From: Escherichia coli
GTDB taxonomy: Bacteria; Pseudomonadota; Gammaproteobacteria; Enterobacterales; Enterobacteriaceae
Strand: one strand, 5' to 3'
Assembly (NCBI RefSeq): GCF_045037415.1
Contig: NZ_CP173438.1
Length of the DNA stretch: 64,000 nucleotides
The notes under the pieces are model-generated. The model saw nothing but the letters and a program-made list of their open reading frames with translations. It was not told where the DNA came from and made no database searches. This document shows, in pieces, positions 21,204 through 33,853 of this stretch (position 1 is the stretch's first letter; the number at the start of each line of letters is the position of its first letter). Position numbers and translations under genes: made by a program.

Positions 21204-22565
21204 ATGTTTGATAATTTAACCGATCGTTTGTCGCGCACGCTGCGCAATATCAGTGGCCGTGGACGCCTCACTGAAGACAACGTAAAAGATACGCTGCGCG
21301 AAGTGCGCATGGCGCTGCTGGAGGCTGACGTCGCTCTGCCGGTAGTGCGTGAGTTTATCAATCGCGTAAAAGAGAAAGCGGTTGGTCATGAAGTTAATAA
21401 GAGCCTGACGCCGGGGCAGGAGTTCGTCAAAATTGTCCGTAACGAACTGGTTGCGGCGATGGGCGAAGAGAACCAGACCCTGAACCTGGCTGCGCAACCG
21501 CCTGCGGTCGTGCTGATGGCGGGCCTGCAAGGTGCCGGTAAAACAACCAGCGTTGGTAAACTCGGTAAGTTCCTGCGCGAGAAGCACAAGAAGAAAGTAC
21601 TGGTGGTTTCTGCCGACGTCTATCGCCCGGCGGCAATCAAACAGCTTGAGACGCTGGCAGAGCAGGTGGGCGTTGATTTCTTCCCTTCTGATGTTGGTCA
21701 GAAGCCGGTAGATATCGTTAACGCGGCGCTGAAAGAAGCCAAACTGAAATTCTACGACGTGCTGCTGGTGGATACTGCCGGTCGTCTGCACGTTGACGAA
21801 GCGATGATGGACGAGATCAAACAAGTCCATGCGTCGATTAATCCGGTTGAAACCCTATTTGTGGTCGATGCCATGACCGGTCAGGATGCGGCCAATACGG
21901 CAAAAGCATTCAATGAAGCGTTACCGCTTACCGGTGTAGTGTTGACCAAAGTGGACGGCGATGCCCGCGGCGGTGCGGCGCTCTCTATTCGTCACATCAC
22001 TGGCAAACCGATCAAGTTCCTCGGTGTTGGCGAGAAAACCGAGGCGCTGGAGCCATTCCATCCGGACCGTATTGCCTCCCGTATTCTCGGCATGGGCGAC
22101 GTACTGTCACTGATCGAAGATATCGAAAGCAAAGTTGACCGCGCGCAAGCTGAGAAATTAGCCAGCAAGCTGAAAAAAGGCGACGGCTTCGATCTCAACG
22201 ACTTTCTTGAGCAGCTGCGCCAGATGAAAAATATGGGCGGCATGGCTAGCCTGATGGGCAAGCTGCCGGGCATGGGGCAGATCCCGGATAACGTCAAGTC
22301 GCAGATGGACGATAAAGTGCTGGTGCGTATGGAAGCCATCATCAACTCGATGACGATGAAAGAGCGCGCTAAGCCAGAAATCATCAAAGGTTCGCGTAAG
22401 CGCCGTATCGCTGCCGGTTGCGGTATGCAGGTGCAGGACGTTAACCGTCTTCTGAAACAGTTCGACGACATGCAGCGCATGATGAAGAAAATGAAGAAGG
22501 GCGGGATGGCGAAGATGATGAGAAGCATGAAAGGGATGATGCCGCCGGGATTTCCTGGTCGCTAA
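21204..22565 (+). CDS. ffh: Ffh, signal recognition particle protein (SRP54 homologue)
   Basis: 453-aa ORF MFDNLTDRLSRTLRNISGRGRLTEDNVKDTLREVRMALLEADVALPVV... with a GTPase domain and Met-rich C-terminus. Confidence 0.97.
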   Translation: MFDNLTDRLSRTLRNISGRGRLTEDNVKDTLREVRMALLEADVALPVVREFINRVKEKAVGHEVNKSLTPGQEFVKIVRNELVAAMGEENQTLNLAAQPPAVVLMAGLQGAGKTTSVGKLGKFLREKHKKKVLVVSADVYRPAAIKQLETLAEQVGVDFFPSDVGQKPVDIVNAALKEAKLKFYDVLLVDTAGRLHVDEAMMDEIKQVHASINPVETLFVVDAMTGQDAANTAKAFNEALPLTGVVLTKVDGDARGGAALSIRHITGKPIKFLGVGEKTEALEPFHPDRIASRILGMGDVLSLIEDIESKVDRAQAEKLASKLKKGDGFDLNDFLEQLRQMKNMGGMASLMGKLPGMGQIPDNVKSQMDDKVLVRMEAIINSMTMKERAKPEIIKGSRKRRIAAGCGMQVQDVNRLLKQFDDMQRMMKKMKKGGMAKMMRSMKGMMPPGFPGR

Positions 22566-22623
22566 ATGACCTTATGCGACAGAGTTATTAACTGCTGATT
22601 GCATTTTCTCCAGAAATCAGTAA

Positions 22624-22950
<327 letters not shown>

Positions 22951-22968
22951 TCTGTCACGGTGGTCATG

Positions 22969-23517
22969 ATGAGCAAACAACTCACCGCGCAAGCACCTGT
23001 TGATCCCATCGTTTTGGGAAAAATGGGTTCGTCTTACGGTATTCGTGGGTGGCTCAGAGTGTTTTCTTCCACCGAAGACGCCGAAAGCATTTTTGACTAT
23101 CAGCCCTGGTTTATCCAGAAGGCGGGTCAGTGGCAGCAAGTCCAGCTGGAAAGCTGGAAGCACCACAATCAGGACATGATCATCAAGCTGAAAGGCGTTG
23201 ACGATCGTGATGCGGCGAACCTGCTGACGAATTGTGAAATTGTCGTGGATTCATCGCAGTTGCCTCAGCTTGAAGAGGGTGACTACTACTGGAAAGACCT
23301 GATGGGCTGCCAGGTAGTAACCACTGAAGGCTACGATCTCGGTAAAGTCGTAGATATGATGGAAACCGGATCTAATGACGTTCTCGTCATTAAGGCAAAC
23401 CTGAAAGATGCGTTTGGTATCAAGGAACGTATCGTACCGTTCCTCGATGGGCAGGTTATCAAGAAAGTCGATCTCACTACTCGTTCAATCGAAGTAGATT
23501 GGGATCCTGGTTTTTAA
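22969..23517 (+). CDS. rimM: RimM, 16S rRNA processing protein
   Basis: Start at [33 protein letters not shown]..., 182 aa; position in the rpsP-rimM-trmD-rplS operon. Confidence 0.9.
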   Translation: MSKQLTAQAPVDPIVLGKMGSSYGIRGWLRVFSSTEDAESIFDYQPWFIQKAGQWQQVQLESWKHHNQDMIIKLKGVDDRDAANLLTNCEIVVDSSQLPQLEEGDYYWKDLMGCQVVTTEGYDLGKVVDMMETGSNDVLVIKANLKDAFGIKERIVPFLDGQVIKKVDLTTRSIEVDWDPGF

Positions 23518-23547
23518 ACCACCGGATAAACGGTAAAAGACGGCGCT

Positions 23548-24315
23548 ATGTGGATTGGCATAATTAGCCTGTTTCCTGAAATGTTCCGCGCAATTACCGA
23601 TTACGGGGTAACTGGCCGGGCAGTTAAAAATGGCCTGCTGAGCATCCAGAGCTGGAGTCCTCGCGACTTCACGTATGATCGGCACCGTACCGTGGACGAT
23701 CGTCCTTACGGCGGCGGACCGGGGATGTTAATGATGGTGCAACCCTTGCGGGACGCCATTCATGCAGCAAAAGCCGCGGCGGGTGAAGGCGCAAAGGTGA
23801 TTTATCTGTCACCACAGGGACGCAAGCTTGATCAAGCGGGCGTCAGCGAGCTGGCAACGAATCAAAAATTGATTCTGGTGTGCGGTCGCTACGAAGGTAT
23901 AGATGAGCGCGTGATCCAAACCGAAATTGATGAAGAATGGTCAATCGGCGATTACGTTCTCAGTGGTGGTGAGTTACCAGCAATGACGCTGATTGACTCC
24001 GTTTCCCGGTTTATTCCGGGAGTACTGGGACATGAGGCCTCGGCAACGGAAGACTCCTTTGCTGAAGGATTGCTGGATTGCCCGCACTATACGCGGCCTG
24101 AGGTGTTAGAAGGGATGGAAGTTCCGCCAGTGTTACTGTCGGGCAACCATGCCGAGATACGTCGCTGGCGTTTGAAACAGTCGCTGGGCCGTACCTGGCT
24201 TAGAAGACCTGAACTTCTGGAAAACCTGGCTCTGACTGAAGAGCAAGCAAGGTTGCTGGCGGAGTTCAAAACGGAACACGCACAACAGCAACATAAACAT
24301 GATGGGATGGCGTAA
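23548..24315 (+). CDS. trmD: TrmD, tRNA (guanine37-N1)-methyltransferase
   Basis: 255-aa [35 protein letters not shown]...; recognised as TrmD. Confidence 0.95.
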   Translation: MWIGIISLFPEMFRAITDYGVTGRAVKNGLLSIQSWSPRDFTYDRHRTVDDRPYGGGPGMLMMVQPLRDAIHAAKAAAGEGAKVIYLSPQGRKLDQAGVSELATNQKLILVCGRYEGIDERVIQTEIDEEWSIGDYVLSGGELPAMTLIDSVSRFIPGVLGHEASATEDSFAEGLLDCPHYTRPEVLEGMEVPPVLLSGNHAEIRRWRLKQSLGRTWLRRPELLENLALTEEQARLLAEFKTEHAQQQHKHDGMA

Positions 24316-24353
24316 GCCCCCGAGATATCAGTTTACCCAGGATAAGAGATTAA

Positions 24354-24704
<351 letters not shown>

Positions 24705-24732
24705 GATTTCGCTTAAGCGACATCCTGTTAAG

Positions 24733-24764
24733 AAGGGCTGGCCAATTGGCTGGCCCTTTTTTTG
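24733..24764 (+). terminator. Rho-independent terminator of the rpsP-rimM-trmD-rplS operon
   Basis: GGGCTGGCC-AATT-GGCTGGCCC hairpin followed by TTTTTTT. Confidence 0.7.
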
Positions 24765-24780
24765 TCTGTTTGCTCGTGTT

Positions 24781-25263
24781 TTAAGGGGTTGTAATCACCA
24801 CTGCGACGCGGCGGTTTTCGGCGCGGCCCTGGGCGGTCTTGTTACTGGCTATGGGATATTTTTTTCCTAAACCCTGTGTGATGAGATTGCTGCGCGGAAT
24901 TTGTCCACCCATAGCCCATGCATCGGCCACGACATTCGCCCGTTTTAATGATAAGACTTCGTTGTAACTGTCTTCACCATAGTTGTCGGTGTGTCCATCC
25001 ATACGGGCATGTGTTAGCCCTGTCGAGGCCAATTTGGCTGCCATGGTTTGGATTTGTTGCTGGCTTTCCGGGAGCAATTTGTAGTCATTTTTTGCGAACA
25101 GAATGGCATCTGATAAGCCCAGCGACCAGTCGCCGGCGGATTCAGTAAATCCATAAGATTGCATAGCGGCGACTTGCTCAGGAGTAAACTTTCCCTGAGG
25201 GGACTGGCAGCCAGTAAGTATTAGCGAGGTGAAAATCAGGGGGGCTAGCAGGTGCTTTATCAT
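24781..25263 (-). CDS. yfiB: YfiB, OmpA-family outer-membrane lipoprotein (PAL-like)
   Basis: 160-aa ORF MIKHLLAPLIFTSLILTGCQSPQGKF... with a lipobox and C-terminal OmpA-like region. Confidence 0.9.
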   Translation of the reverse strand: MIKHLLAPLIFTSLILTGCQSPQGKFTPEQVAAMQSYGFTESAGDWSLGLSDAILFAKNDYKLLPESQQQIQTMAAKLASTGLTHARMDGHTDNYGEDSYNEVLSLKRANVVADAWAMGGQIPRSNLITQGLGKKYPIASNKTAQGRAENRRVAVVITTP

Positions 25264-25278
25264 ATCGATATATCCTTG

Positions 25279-26505
25279 TTATCTCACCAGTTTTTCGGCA
25301 CGCTGGTGTTTGGCCTGATACATATTGTGATCGGCAAGCTCTTGTAAATTTTCCGCAGAGGCGTGCTCAATGGTCATCGCGTAACCAATGCTTAATGTCA
25401 TGGTAGTTTGATGGCCATTATGAAGATCAAACGGGAGATTAAAAATTTGTGTCAGTGCTGAGCATATCTGCTGCACTTCAGATTCCGACTGTACATCATA
25501 GAGCACCATAGCGAATTCATCGCCGCCCAGGCGGTATGCTTTATGTCGCAGCCCGCCAAATTCAGCTAACCGTTTTGCTATTTCAATCAAGACTCTATCG
25601 CCCGTCGCATGACCCCAGGTATCATTGATATATTTGAAATTATCGCCATCAAGAAATAGTAACGCCGACGTTTTTCGGGCATCGGAATTGTTCATCAACG
25701 TGTTGATGCCGCTACGAAACGCTGCGCGGTTAGCCAGCCCGGTTAATGGGTCATGTAGCGCGGTACGTAGAAGCTGCGCATTTTTGGCCTGTAAACGAAG
25801 CTGCCACTCTTCCATTTCATCCAGCAGACTGTTGAAGTCGAGAGCGAAGCGGTGAAACTCAGCGATACGTTCTTCCGAAACTCGTCGGGAAAAATTGCGG
25901 TTAGAACGCACATCATGTACGACATCGGTGATATTTTTCAGCGCTTCCACCAGGCCATTGTGCAAATGGCGGGTGAGGGTAATTGCGATGCCTGATGCCA
26001 GCAGAATACAACCGGTCAGGACAGCGAGCGAAAACCAGATAAAATGGCTGATTGAACTGTCGCGAGCAGTTAAGCGTACTTCGCCAATGGTTTCACTATT
26101 GTGACGAATCGGCTGAATGATGGGGGCAGGGAAGAGCCAGTGGCTTATGAAATTGCTGAAAGTATCGCCTGGTTCCTTATGGGTGTAATGCCAGGATGCC
26201 AGAATATTTTGCTGCTTATCACGCACTTCTGCAGTTGAAAATTGGCCTTGCTGGCCCAGCGCTGCCAGTGTTTCAGTTGCTGCAGGGCCATCGGCAAAAA
26301 CGACAGCTGCTTCCAGACTGTAAGTCATTGTTGCTGCTGTCAGTGCCAGGTTTTTTTGCGCGTATTGTTTCAGGGTTAGCACTGACGTCACGGAAAGCAG
26401 CAGCCAGATCAGCGTCATAGTGATAAATATGCTGGTCATGCTGATGTTGCGTAATGCTCTTTTAAACGTGGGGCGCTTATGAAGAGAATTATCGTTATCC
26501 ATCAT
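25279..26505 (-). CDS. dgcN: YfiN/DgcN, membrane diguanylate cyclase (GGDEF)
   Basis: 408-aa ORF with N-terminal transmembrane/periplasmic region and a C-terminal GGDEF domain (RLGGDEF motif). Confidence 0.9.
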   Translation of the reverse strand: MMDNDNSLHKRPTFKRALRNISMTSIFITMTLIWLLLSVTSVLTLKQYAQKNLALTAATMTYSLEAAVVFADGPAATETLAALGQQGQFSTAEVRDKQQNILASWHYTHKEPGDTFSNFISHWLFPAPIIQPIRHNSETIGEVRLTARDSSISHFIWFSLAVLTGCILLASGIAITLTRHLHNGLVEALKNITDVVHDVRSNRNFSRRVSEERIAEFHRFALDFNSLLDEMEEWQLRLQAKNAQLLRTALHDPLTGLANRAAFRSGINTLMNNSDARKTSALLFLDGDNFKYINDTWGHATGDRVLIEIAKRLAEFGGLRHKAYRLGGDEFAMVLYDVQSESEVQQICSALTQIFNLPFDLHNGHQTTMTLSIGYAMTIEHASAENLQELADHNMYQAKHQRAEKLVR

Positions 26506-27013
26506 TTTTCTTCCGTGCGAGCATTAAGACATCCGGGTTGACCTTTACACCGCTACGCGATAAGGCATCCAGGTTTACGGCAAATCTGACGTCATTATTG
26601 TGGATGATCAGACAAAAGGCGCTACCAATAATGCACTCGGTATTTTGTTCGGCAATTAATAATAACGCCTTTGACGGATATTGTTCGGTTAATTCCATCT
26701 GGAATGTCGGTGACTCGTTGCCAAAATAAAAACCATTGCAGCCTGAAATTATCGCCTCTTGTTGAGTATGAATGATGACAGGCAGATAAGGTAAAGATGT
26801 AGCAGCATTTTCTTGTAAGGCGGTACTAAAACGTGAAGATGAAAAGATACATAACTTTGGTGGCCCTGATAGCCCAGGCCAGCGGGTGTAACTGACAATA
26901 CCGGAAACCATCATACGCACGTTTTTCGCAACGTCAGAAGGTTCCTGAGCGAGTATTGGTGCTCCCGTCAGCAGGAGAATCAGCAGTAAGAACAGTCGGT
27001 GAGAAAAACGCAT
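26495..27013 (-). CDS. yfiR: YfiR, periplasmic inhibitor of YfiN
   Basis: 172-aa [27 protein letters not shown]... with a signal peptide; its start overlaps the yfiN stop by 11 nt. Confidence 0.9.
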   Translation of the reverse strand: MRFSHRLFLLLILLLTGAPILAQEPSDVAKNVRMMVSGIVSYTRWPGLSGPPKLCIFSSSRFSTALQENAATSLPYLPVIIHTQQEAIISGCNGFYFGNESPTFQMELTEQYPSKALLLIAEQNTECIIGSAFCLIIHNNDVRFAVNLDALSRSGVKVNPDVLMLARKKNDG

Positions 27014-27159
27014 TCAGGGATCCTCACCATCTTCGCTCGAAATGCATCGATATTTTTTCAGAATGCTCATTAAAATATCATCCTTTCATGCGGTCGTCAT
27101 CAATGTGAGAAATAAAACATAATGAGTAAAATCTCATGCTTAATTTATTTTGGGGGTAA

Positions 27160-27525
27160 TTAATTTAATCGTATTGTGCTGGCATTTTCATCAGCCCCTT
27201 TTCGCCATACTTCATGCAGTTGGCTGGCATTTTCAACATTATTGCAGCTGGCAGGAAAGCTTTTACCAGAAAGCCCCCGGGCATAAGTAAAATCGGTCTG
27301 GCAAGTTTTCTTTTGCCCTTCGGCATATCCTTTAAGGTATAGACCGCGATCCGCCTGTGAATCGCTAAATGCATCGTCATCTTTAATGGCGCTGCCCGAT
27401 ATCGCATCTTCCATACCAACATCATACCAGTCGGTGCTGGTCAAGGTTGGCGCGTGAGTATAAGGATCAATCTGACATCCGCTAACCAGTAAAGCCAACA
27501 AGGGGGCGATAAATTTTTTCATCAT
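27160..27525 (-). CDS. yfiL: YfiL, DUF2799-family lipoprotein
   Basis: Track ORF 27160..27543; start placed at MMKKFIAPLLALLVSGCQIDPY... (lipobox LVSGC). Start is uncertain by a few codons. Confidence 0.8.
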   Translation of the reverse strand: MMKKFIAPLLALLVSGCQIDPYTHAPTLTSTDWYDVGMEDAISGSAIKDDDAFSDSQADRGLYLKGYAEGQKKTCQTDFTYARGLSGKSFPASCNNVENASQLHEVWRKGADENASTIRLN

Positions 27526-27570
27526 TTCTTTCTCCTTTTTCAAAGCATAGCGGATTGTTTTTAAAGATGG

Positions 27571-27665
27571 TGTAAATTTATATATACAGAAATAAGGGTA
27601 AAAAGCGCGAATAAATTGCTTACGTAAAGAAATGTGTACGAAATATGGATTGAAAACTTTACTTT
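27571..27665 (+). promoter_or_regulatory. Candidate TyrR boxes in the aroF promoter region
   Basis: TGTAAATTTATATATACA at 27571-27588 matches TGTAAA-N6-TTTACA with one mismatch; further TGTA/TACA-containing segments lie at 27630-27665. TyrR control of aroF is known; exact box assignment here is tentative. Confidence 0.35.
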
Positions 27666-27734
27666 ATGTGTTATCGTTACGTCATCCTCGCTGAGGATCA
27701 ACTATCGCAAACGAGCATAAACAGGATCGCCATC

Positions 27735-28805
27735 ATGCAAAAAGACGCGCTGAATAACGTACATATTACCGACGAACAGGTTTTAATGACTCCGGAACAA
27801 CTGAAGGCCGCTTTTCCATTAAGCCTGCAACAAGAAGCCCAGATTGCTGACTCGCGTAAAACCATTTCAGATATTATCGCCGGGCGCGATCCTCGTCTTC
27901 TGGTAGTATGTGGTCCTTGTTCCATTCATGATCCGGAAACTGCTCTGGAATATGCTCGTCGATTTAAAGCCCTTGCCGCAGAGGTCAGCGATAGCCTCTA
28001 TCTGGTAATGCGCGTCTATTTTGAAAAACCCCGTACCACTGTCGGCTGGAAAGGGTTAATTAACGATCCCCATATGGATGGCTCTTTTGATGTAGAAGCC
28101 GGGCTGCAGATCGCGCGTAAATTGCTGCTTGAGCTGGTGAATATGGGACTGCCACTGGCGACGGAAGCGTTAGATCCGAATAGCCCGCAATACCTGGGCG
28201 ATCTGTTTAGCTGGTCAGCAATTGGTGCTCGTACAACGGAATCGCAAACTCACCGTGAAATGGCCTCCGGGCTTTCCATGCCGGTTGGTTTTAAAAACGG
28301 CACCGATGGCAGTCTGGCAACGGCAATTAACGCTATGCGCGCCGCCGCCCAGCCGCACCGTTTTGTTGGCATTAACCAGGCAGGGCAGGTTGCGTTGCTA
28401 CAAACTCAGGGGAATCCGGACGGGCATGTGATCCTGCGCGGTGGTAAAGCGCCAAACTATAGCCCTGCGGATGTTGCGCAATGTGAAAAAGAGATGGAAC
28501 AGGCGGGACTGCGCCCGTCTCTGATGGTAGATTGCAGCCACGGTAATTCCAATAAAGATTATCGCCGTCAGCCTGCGGTGGCAGAATCCGTGGTTGCTCA
28601 AATCAAAGATGGCAATCGCTCAATTATTGGTCTGATGATCGAAAGTAATATCCACGAGGGCAATCAGTCTTCCGAGCAACCGCGCAGTGAAATGAAATAC
28701 GGTGTATCCGTAACCGATGCCTGCATTAGCTGGGAAATGACCGATGCCTTGCTGCGTGAAATTCATCAGGATCTGAACGGGCAGCTGACGGCTCGCGTGG
28801 CTTAA
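27735..28805 (+). CDS. aroF: AroF, tyrosine-sensitive DAHP synthase
   Basis: Start at ATG 27735: [42 protein letters not shown]..., 356 aa. Confidence 0.95.
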   Translation: MQKDALNNVHITDEQVLMTPEQLKAAFPLSLQQEAQIADSRKTISDIIAGRDPRLLVVCGPCSIHDPETALEYARRFKALAAEVSDSLYLVMRVYFEKPRTTVGWKGLINDPHMDGSFDVEAGLQIARKLLLELVNMGLPLATEALDPNSPQYLGDLFSWSAIGARTTESQTHREMASGLSMPVGFKNGTDGSLATAINAMRAAAQPHRFVGINQAGQVALLQTQGNPDGHVILRGGKAPNYSPADVAQCEKEMEQAGLRPSLMVDCSHGNSNKDYRRQPAVAESVVAQIKDGNRSIIGLMIESNIHEGNQSSEQPRSEMKYGVSVTDACISWEMTDALLREIHQDLNGQLTARVA

Positions 28806-28815
28806 GAGGTTTATT

Positions 28816-29937
28816 ATGGTTGCTGAGTTGACCGCATTACGCGATCAAATTGATGAAGTCGATAAAGCGCTGCTGAATTTATTAGCGAAGCGTCTGGAAT
28901 TGGTTGCTGAAGTGGGCGAGGTGAAAAGCCGATTTGGACTGCCTATTTATGTTCCGGAGCGCGAGGCATCTATGTTGGCCTCGCGTCGTGCGGAGGCGGA
29001 AGCTCTGGGTGTACCGCCAGATCTGATTGAGGATGTTTTGCGTCGGGTGATGCGTGAATCTTACTCCAGTGAAAACGACAAAGGATTTAAAACGCTTTGT
29101 CCGTCACTGCGCCCGGTGGTTATCGTCGGTGGTGGCGGTCAGATGGGACGTCTGTTCGAGAAGATGCTGATACTCTCGGGTTATCAGGTGCGGATTCTGG
29201 AGCAACATGACTGGGATCGAGCGGCTGATATTGTTGCCGATGCCGGAATGGTGATTGTTAGTGTGCCCATCCACGTTACTGAGCAAGTTATCGGCAAATT
29301 ACCGCCTTTACCGAAAGATTGTATTCTGGTTGATCTGGCATCAGTGAAAAATGGACCATTACAGGCCATGCTGGCGGCGCACGATGGCCCGGTGCTGGGG
29401 TTACACCCGATGTTCGGCCCGGACAGCGGTAGCCTGGCAAAGCAAGTTGTGGTCTGGTGTGATGGACGTAAGCCGGAAGCATACCAATGGTTTCTGGAGC
29501 AAATTCAGGTCTGGGGCGCTCGGTTGCATCGTATTAGCGCTGTCGAGCACGATCAGAATATGGCGTTTATTCAGGCTCTGCGCCACTTTGCTACTTTTGC
29601 TTATGGGCTGCACCTGGCAGAAGAAAATGTTCAGCTTGAGCAACTACTGGCGCTCTCTTCGCCGATTTACCGCCTTGAGCTGGCGATGGTCGGGCGACTG
29701 TTTGCTCAGGATCCGCAGCTTTATGCCGACATTATTATGTCGTCAGAGCGTAATCTGGCGTTAATCAAACGTTACTATAAGCGTTTCGGCGAGGCGATTG
29801 AGTTGCTGGAGCAGGGCGATAAGCAGGCGTTTATTGACAGTTTCCGCAAGGTGGAGCACTGGTTCGGCGATTACGCACAGCGTTTTCAGAGTGAAAGCCG
29901 CGTGTTATTGCGTCAGGCGAATGACAATCGCCAGTAA
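28816..29937 (+). CDS. tyrA: TyrA, bifunctional chorismate mutase / prephenate dehydrogenase
   Basis: 373-aa [57 protein letters not shown]...; recognised as TyrA. Confidence 0.95.
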   Translation: MVAELTALRDQIDEVDKALLNLLAKRLELVAEVGEVKSRFGLPIYVPEREASMLASRRAEAEALGVPPDLIEDVLRRVMRESYSSENDKGFKTLCPSLRPVVIVGGGGQMGRLFEKMLILSGYQVRILEQHDWDRAADIVADAGMVIVSVPIHVTEQVIGKLPPLPKDCILVDLASVKNGPLQAMLAAHDGPVLGLHPMFGPDSGSLAKQVVVWCDGRKPEAYQWFLEQIQVWGARLHRISAVEHDQNMAFIQALRHFATFAYGLHLAEENVQLEQLLALSSPIYRLELAMVGRLFAQDPQLYADIIMSSERNLALIKRYYKRFGEAIELLEQGDKQAFIDSFRKVEHWFGDYAQRFQSESRVLLRQANDNRQ

Positions 29938-29943
29938 TAATCC

Positions 29944-29977
29944 AGTGCCGGATGATTCACATCATCCGGCACTTTTT
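29944..29977. terminator. Bidirectional terminator between convergent tyrA and pheA
   Basis: Hairpin GTGCCGGATGA-TTCAC-ATCATCCGGCAC followed by TTTTT on plus and flanked by AT-rich sequence on the other side; sits in the 42-bp gap between the two stops. Confidence 0.7.
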
Positions 29978-29979
29978 CA

Positions 29980-31140
29980 TCAGGTTGGATCAACAGGCAC
30001 TACGTTCTCACTTGGGTAACAGCCCAATACCTTCATCGAACGGGTGATTTCCCCTAACTCTTTCAATGCTTTTTGCATTTCCGCTGATTCAAGATTGGCC
30101 TGAATATCCAGATAAAACATCTCTTCCCACGGATTACCGTGAATCGGACGTGATTCCAGACGGGTCATAATTAGACTGTGGTTGCGCAGTACCAGCAACG
30201 CTTCAACCAGTGCACCAGCTTGTTGTCCGGTCGCCATTAACAACGTCGTTTTCGCCGGAACCTGGTCAGAAACGTTAATGGCTTTACGTGCCAACACCAC
30301 AAATCGGGTGAAGTTTTGTCGCTGATTCGCTTCAATACGCTCCAGTACCTGCAAACCGTACAAAGTGCCGCCAGCTTCGCTTCCCAACGCAGCAACATGC
30401 GGTGATTTTGCCTGTGCAACCTTTTCCATTGCCGCAGACGTACTTTCGGTATATTCAATCTTCCAGTGCGGATAACGATTAAGGAATTTGCTGCATTGCT
30501 GGAACGGCTGCGGATGGCTGTAGACCGTATTGATGGTGGATAAATCAGTAGTGCCGGAGACCAACAAACAATGATCGATAGTTAACGTCATCTCGCCAAC
30601 AATCGACAAACTGGTATGTTGCAGCAGATCGTAAACGTCGTTTATGGCACCGGAGCTGGTATTTTCAATCGGTACGACGGCATAGTCGGCCTGGCCGGTT
30701 TCCACCTGATTAAAAATATCGGCAAATTTGGCGCAGCCACTTTCAATGAATTGCTCAAAGTGACGGGCAGCATACTGGCGCGCCGCAAGATGGGAATAAG
30801 AACCTTTGGGGCCGAGAAAAGCGATGCGTGCTGAGTGCGGATTAATTTTATTGAGATGTTGCTGGAGTAAAGCCTGCTGAGTTAATACGGAATCTTCAAT
30901 GATGAGCTGGAACAGGCGAGTAATGTAATGGGCGTCCAGATGGTGCGCTTTACCGAGCGTAATTAATCTTTCCAGCAAATCGCGTTCACGATCAATATCA
31001 CGTACCGGGCGATGCGAAAGCAGTTTGGCTTTTCCCACCTCGACGACCAGTTCGCGTCGCTCTGCCAGTAATGCTAATAATTTTTCATCCAGCGCGCTGA
31101 TTTTTTCTCGCAGCGCCAGTAACGGGTTTTCCGATGTCAT
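29980..31140 (-). CDS. pheA: PheA, bifunctional chorismate mutase / prephenate dehydratase
   Basis: 386-aa [51 protein letters not shown]...; recognised as PheA. Confidence 0.95.
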   Translation of the reverse strand: MTSENPLLALREKISALDEKLLALLAERRELVVEVGKAKLLSHRPVRDIDRERDLLERLITLGKAHHLDAHYITRLFQLIIEDSVLTQQALLQQHLNKINPHSARIAFLGPKGSYSHLAARQYAARHFEQFIESGCAKFADIFNQVETGQADYAVVPIENTSSGAINDVYDLLQHTSLSIVGEMTLTIDHCLLVSGTTDLSTINTVYSHPQPFQQCSKFLNRYPHWKIEYTESTSAAMEKVAQAKSPHVAALGSEAGGTLYGLQVLERIEANQRQNFTRFVVLARKAINVSDQVPAKTTLLMATGQQAGALVEALLVLRNHSLIMTRLESRPIHGNPWEEMFYLDIQANLESAEMQKALKELGEITRSMKVLGCYPSENVVPVDPT

Positions 31141-31162
31141 AGTGTTGCCTTTTTGTTATCAA

Positions 31163-31192
31163 TAAAAAAGGCCCCCCGATTTGGGAGGCCTT
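31163..31192 (-). terminator. pheA attenuator terminator
   Basis: Minus strand reads GGCCUCCC-AAAUC-GGGGGGCC followed by UUUUUUAU, between pheL and the pheA start. Confidence 0.75.
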
Positions 31193-31238
31193 ATTGTTCG
31201 TCTTCGCATTCTGTTTCACACGACGAAACGCCTCCCAT

Positions 31239-31286
31239 TCAGGGGAAGGTAAAAAAGAATGCGAAGAAAAACGGTGTGTGTTTCAT
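31239..31286 (-). CDS. pheL: PheL, phe operon leader peptide (15 aa, 7 Phe codons)
   Basis: Minus strand ATGAAACACACACCGTTTTTCTTCGCATTCTTTTTTACCTTCCCCTGA encodes MKHTPFFFAFFFTFP-stop; K-12 as I recall it has Ile at position 4. Confidence 0.9.
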   Translation of the reverse strand: MKHTPFFFAFFFTFP

Positions 31287-31389
31287 GTTTGTTTCCTTAA
31301 GTGACTTTAGTACAGTACCCGTACTGTTTTCACGCTGTCAACAAAAAACGCGCCCGAAGGCGCGTTGGCGATACACTCAATATAAAGGA

Positions 31390-31785
<396 letters not shown>

Positions 31786-32000
31786 TCAAAATGTGTGATG
31801 GAAATCTCATAATTTTGTCACTTTTTGTCAACGAATCTTTTTTGTGAGAAATCGCAGGAAGAGGTGTTTTTTTACTTGAGGAATATCTCAAAGCGGGCCA
31901 TATTTGATGAGATCGATAGTGACTAAATCGCTTCAGTTTCACAACTAACAGAATAAAAAAACGGCAGCTCAAGGCTGCCGTTTTGTGTTTCAGGTTTCTG

Positions 32001-32738
32001 TTATGTATTGCTGCTGTTTGCGGCGATGATTTTCGCTACTTTTTCAGCTTGCGCATTCATCTGCATCTGACGGTATGCATTTTCCATCAGCGGCAGCGCA
32101 TCACGCGTAGCCTGGGTATCCGGATAGTCGCGCAACATGCCTTCTACGCGGTTAACGACAGCAACCCATGCACCACGTTCTGTATAATACTCGGCAACGG
32201 AGTATTCATATTTCGCCAGACGATCTTTCAGGAATACCAGACGTTTGGTGGCATCGGTGGTGTACTGACTGTTCGGATAGCCGCGCACCAGTTTGGAAAA
32301 GTCACTAAACGCAGCTCGTGCATGTTGAGGATCGCGATCGCTACGGTCGACGCCAAAGAACCCTTGCAGTGCACTGTCATCGAGCGCCATATTGGTCAGG
32401 CCACGCATGTACATGACATAATCGATATTCGGATGGGTCGGGTTAAGGCGAATAAAACGATCGATGGCAGCCTGTGCTAACGGCAAATCGGCGTTTTTAT
32501 AGTAGGCGTAGATGAGATCCAGCTGCACCTGCTGCGAATACGGACCAAACGGATAGCGATTATCTAACGCTTCCAGTTGCGTTATTGCCTGTCTCCAGTT
32601 ACCGTCCTGCAGCTTTTGTTGTGCAGTCGCGTAAATTTCATTTGGCGGATTATCAGGTACTTCTTCCTTTGACCCCGAGCAACCCGCCAAAAACAGGCTT
32701 AGTGTGGCGGCTGCCACCAGATATTTCATGCGCGTCAT
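32001..32738 (-). CDS. bamD: BamD (YfiO), BAM complex lipoprotein (TPR)
   Basis: 245-aa [51 protein letters not shown]... with a lipobox. Confidence 0.95.
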
Positions 32739-32872
32739 GACGTTTTGACTTTCCTCAAAATGTAATACGGGAGATTCTCTGTTCCTGCTCCCGGTTAAGA
32801 CCAGCTACAATAGCACACTATATTAAACGGCAAAGCCGTAAAACCCCAACGATAAACGAAGAAGCAGTATAT

Positions 32873-33853
32873 ATGGCACAACGAGTACAGCTCACTGCAA
32901 CGGTGTCCGAAAACCAACTCGGTCAACGCTTAGATCAGGCTTTGGCCGAAATGTTCCCGGATTATTCACGTTCGCGGATAAAAGAATGGATCCTCGACCA
33001 GCGTGTGCTGGTTAACGGCAAAGTGTGTGATAAGCCGAAAGAAAAAGTATTGGGTGGCGAGCAGGTTGCCATCAACGCTGAGATTGAAGAAGAAGCGCGT
33101 TTTGAACCGCAGGATATCCCGCTGGATATCGTCTATGAAGATGAAGATATCATCGTTATTAATAAACCGCGCGACCTGGTGGTACATCCTGGCGCGGGTA
33201 ACCCGGATGGCACGGTACTGAATGCATTGCTTCATTATTATCCGCCCATTGCCGATGTACCGCGTGCGGGCATTGTCCATCGTCTGGATAAAGACACCAC
33301 TGGCCTGATGGTTGTGGCAAAAACCGTTCCGGCTCAGACGCGTTTAGTCGAATCTTTGCAACGGCGTGAAATTACACGTGAGTATGAAGCGGTGGCAATT
33401 GGTCATATGACCGCTGGCGGTACAGTAGATGAACCAATCAGCCGCCACCCGACCAAACGTACTCACATGGCGGTACATCCCATGGGTAAACCGGCGGTCA
33501 CTCACTATCGCATCATGGAACACTTCCGTGTGCACACGCGTCTGCGGTTGCGTCTGGAAACCGGACGTACGCACCAGATCCGCGTGCATATGGCCCATAT
33601 CACTCATCCGCTGGTGGGCGATCCGGTTTATGGTGGACGTCCGCGTCCGCCAAAAGGTGCTTCGGAAGCGTTTATCTCCACGCTGCGTAAGTTTGACCGT
33701 CAGGCGCTTCATGCAACCATGCTGCGTCTTTATCACCCGATCTCCGGCATCGAAATGGAATGGCATGCGCCTATTCCACAAGATATGGTGGAGCTGATTG
33801 AGGAGATGCGCGCCGATTTCGAAGAGCATAAGGATGAAGTGGACTGGTTATGA
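32873..33853 (+). CDS. rluD: RluD, 23S rRNA pseudouridine synthase
   Basis: 326-aa ORF with an S4 domain and the RluA-family motif HRLDKDTTGLMVVAK. Confidence 0.95.
   Translation: MAQRVQLTATVSENQLGQRLDQALAEMFPDYSRSRIKEWILDQRVLVNGKVCDKPKEKVLGGEQVAINAEIEEEARFEPQDIPLDIVYEDEDIIVINKPRDLVVHPGAGNPDGTVLNALLHYYPPIADVPRAGIVHRLDKDTTGLMVVAKTVPAQTRLVESLQRREITREYEAVAIGHMTAGGTVDEPISRHPTKRTHMAVHPMGKPAVTHYRIMEHFRVHTRLRLRLETGRTHQIRVHMAHITHPLVGDPVYGGRPRPPKGASEAFISTLRKFDRQALHATMLRLYHPISGIEMEWHAPIPQDMVELIEEMRADFEEHKDEVDWL

Noticed and set aside
21216-21830. 204-aa minus-strand ORF inside ffh
   Set aside because: Antisense to the conserved SRP gene ffh; shadow ORF.
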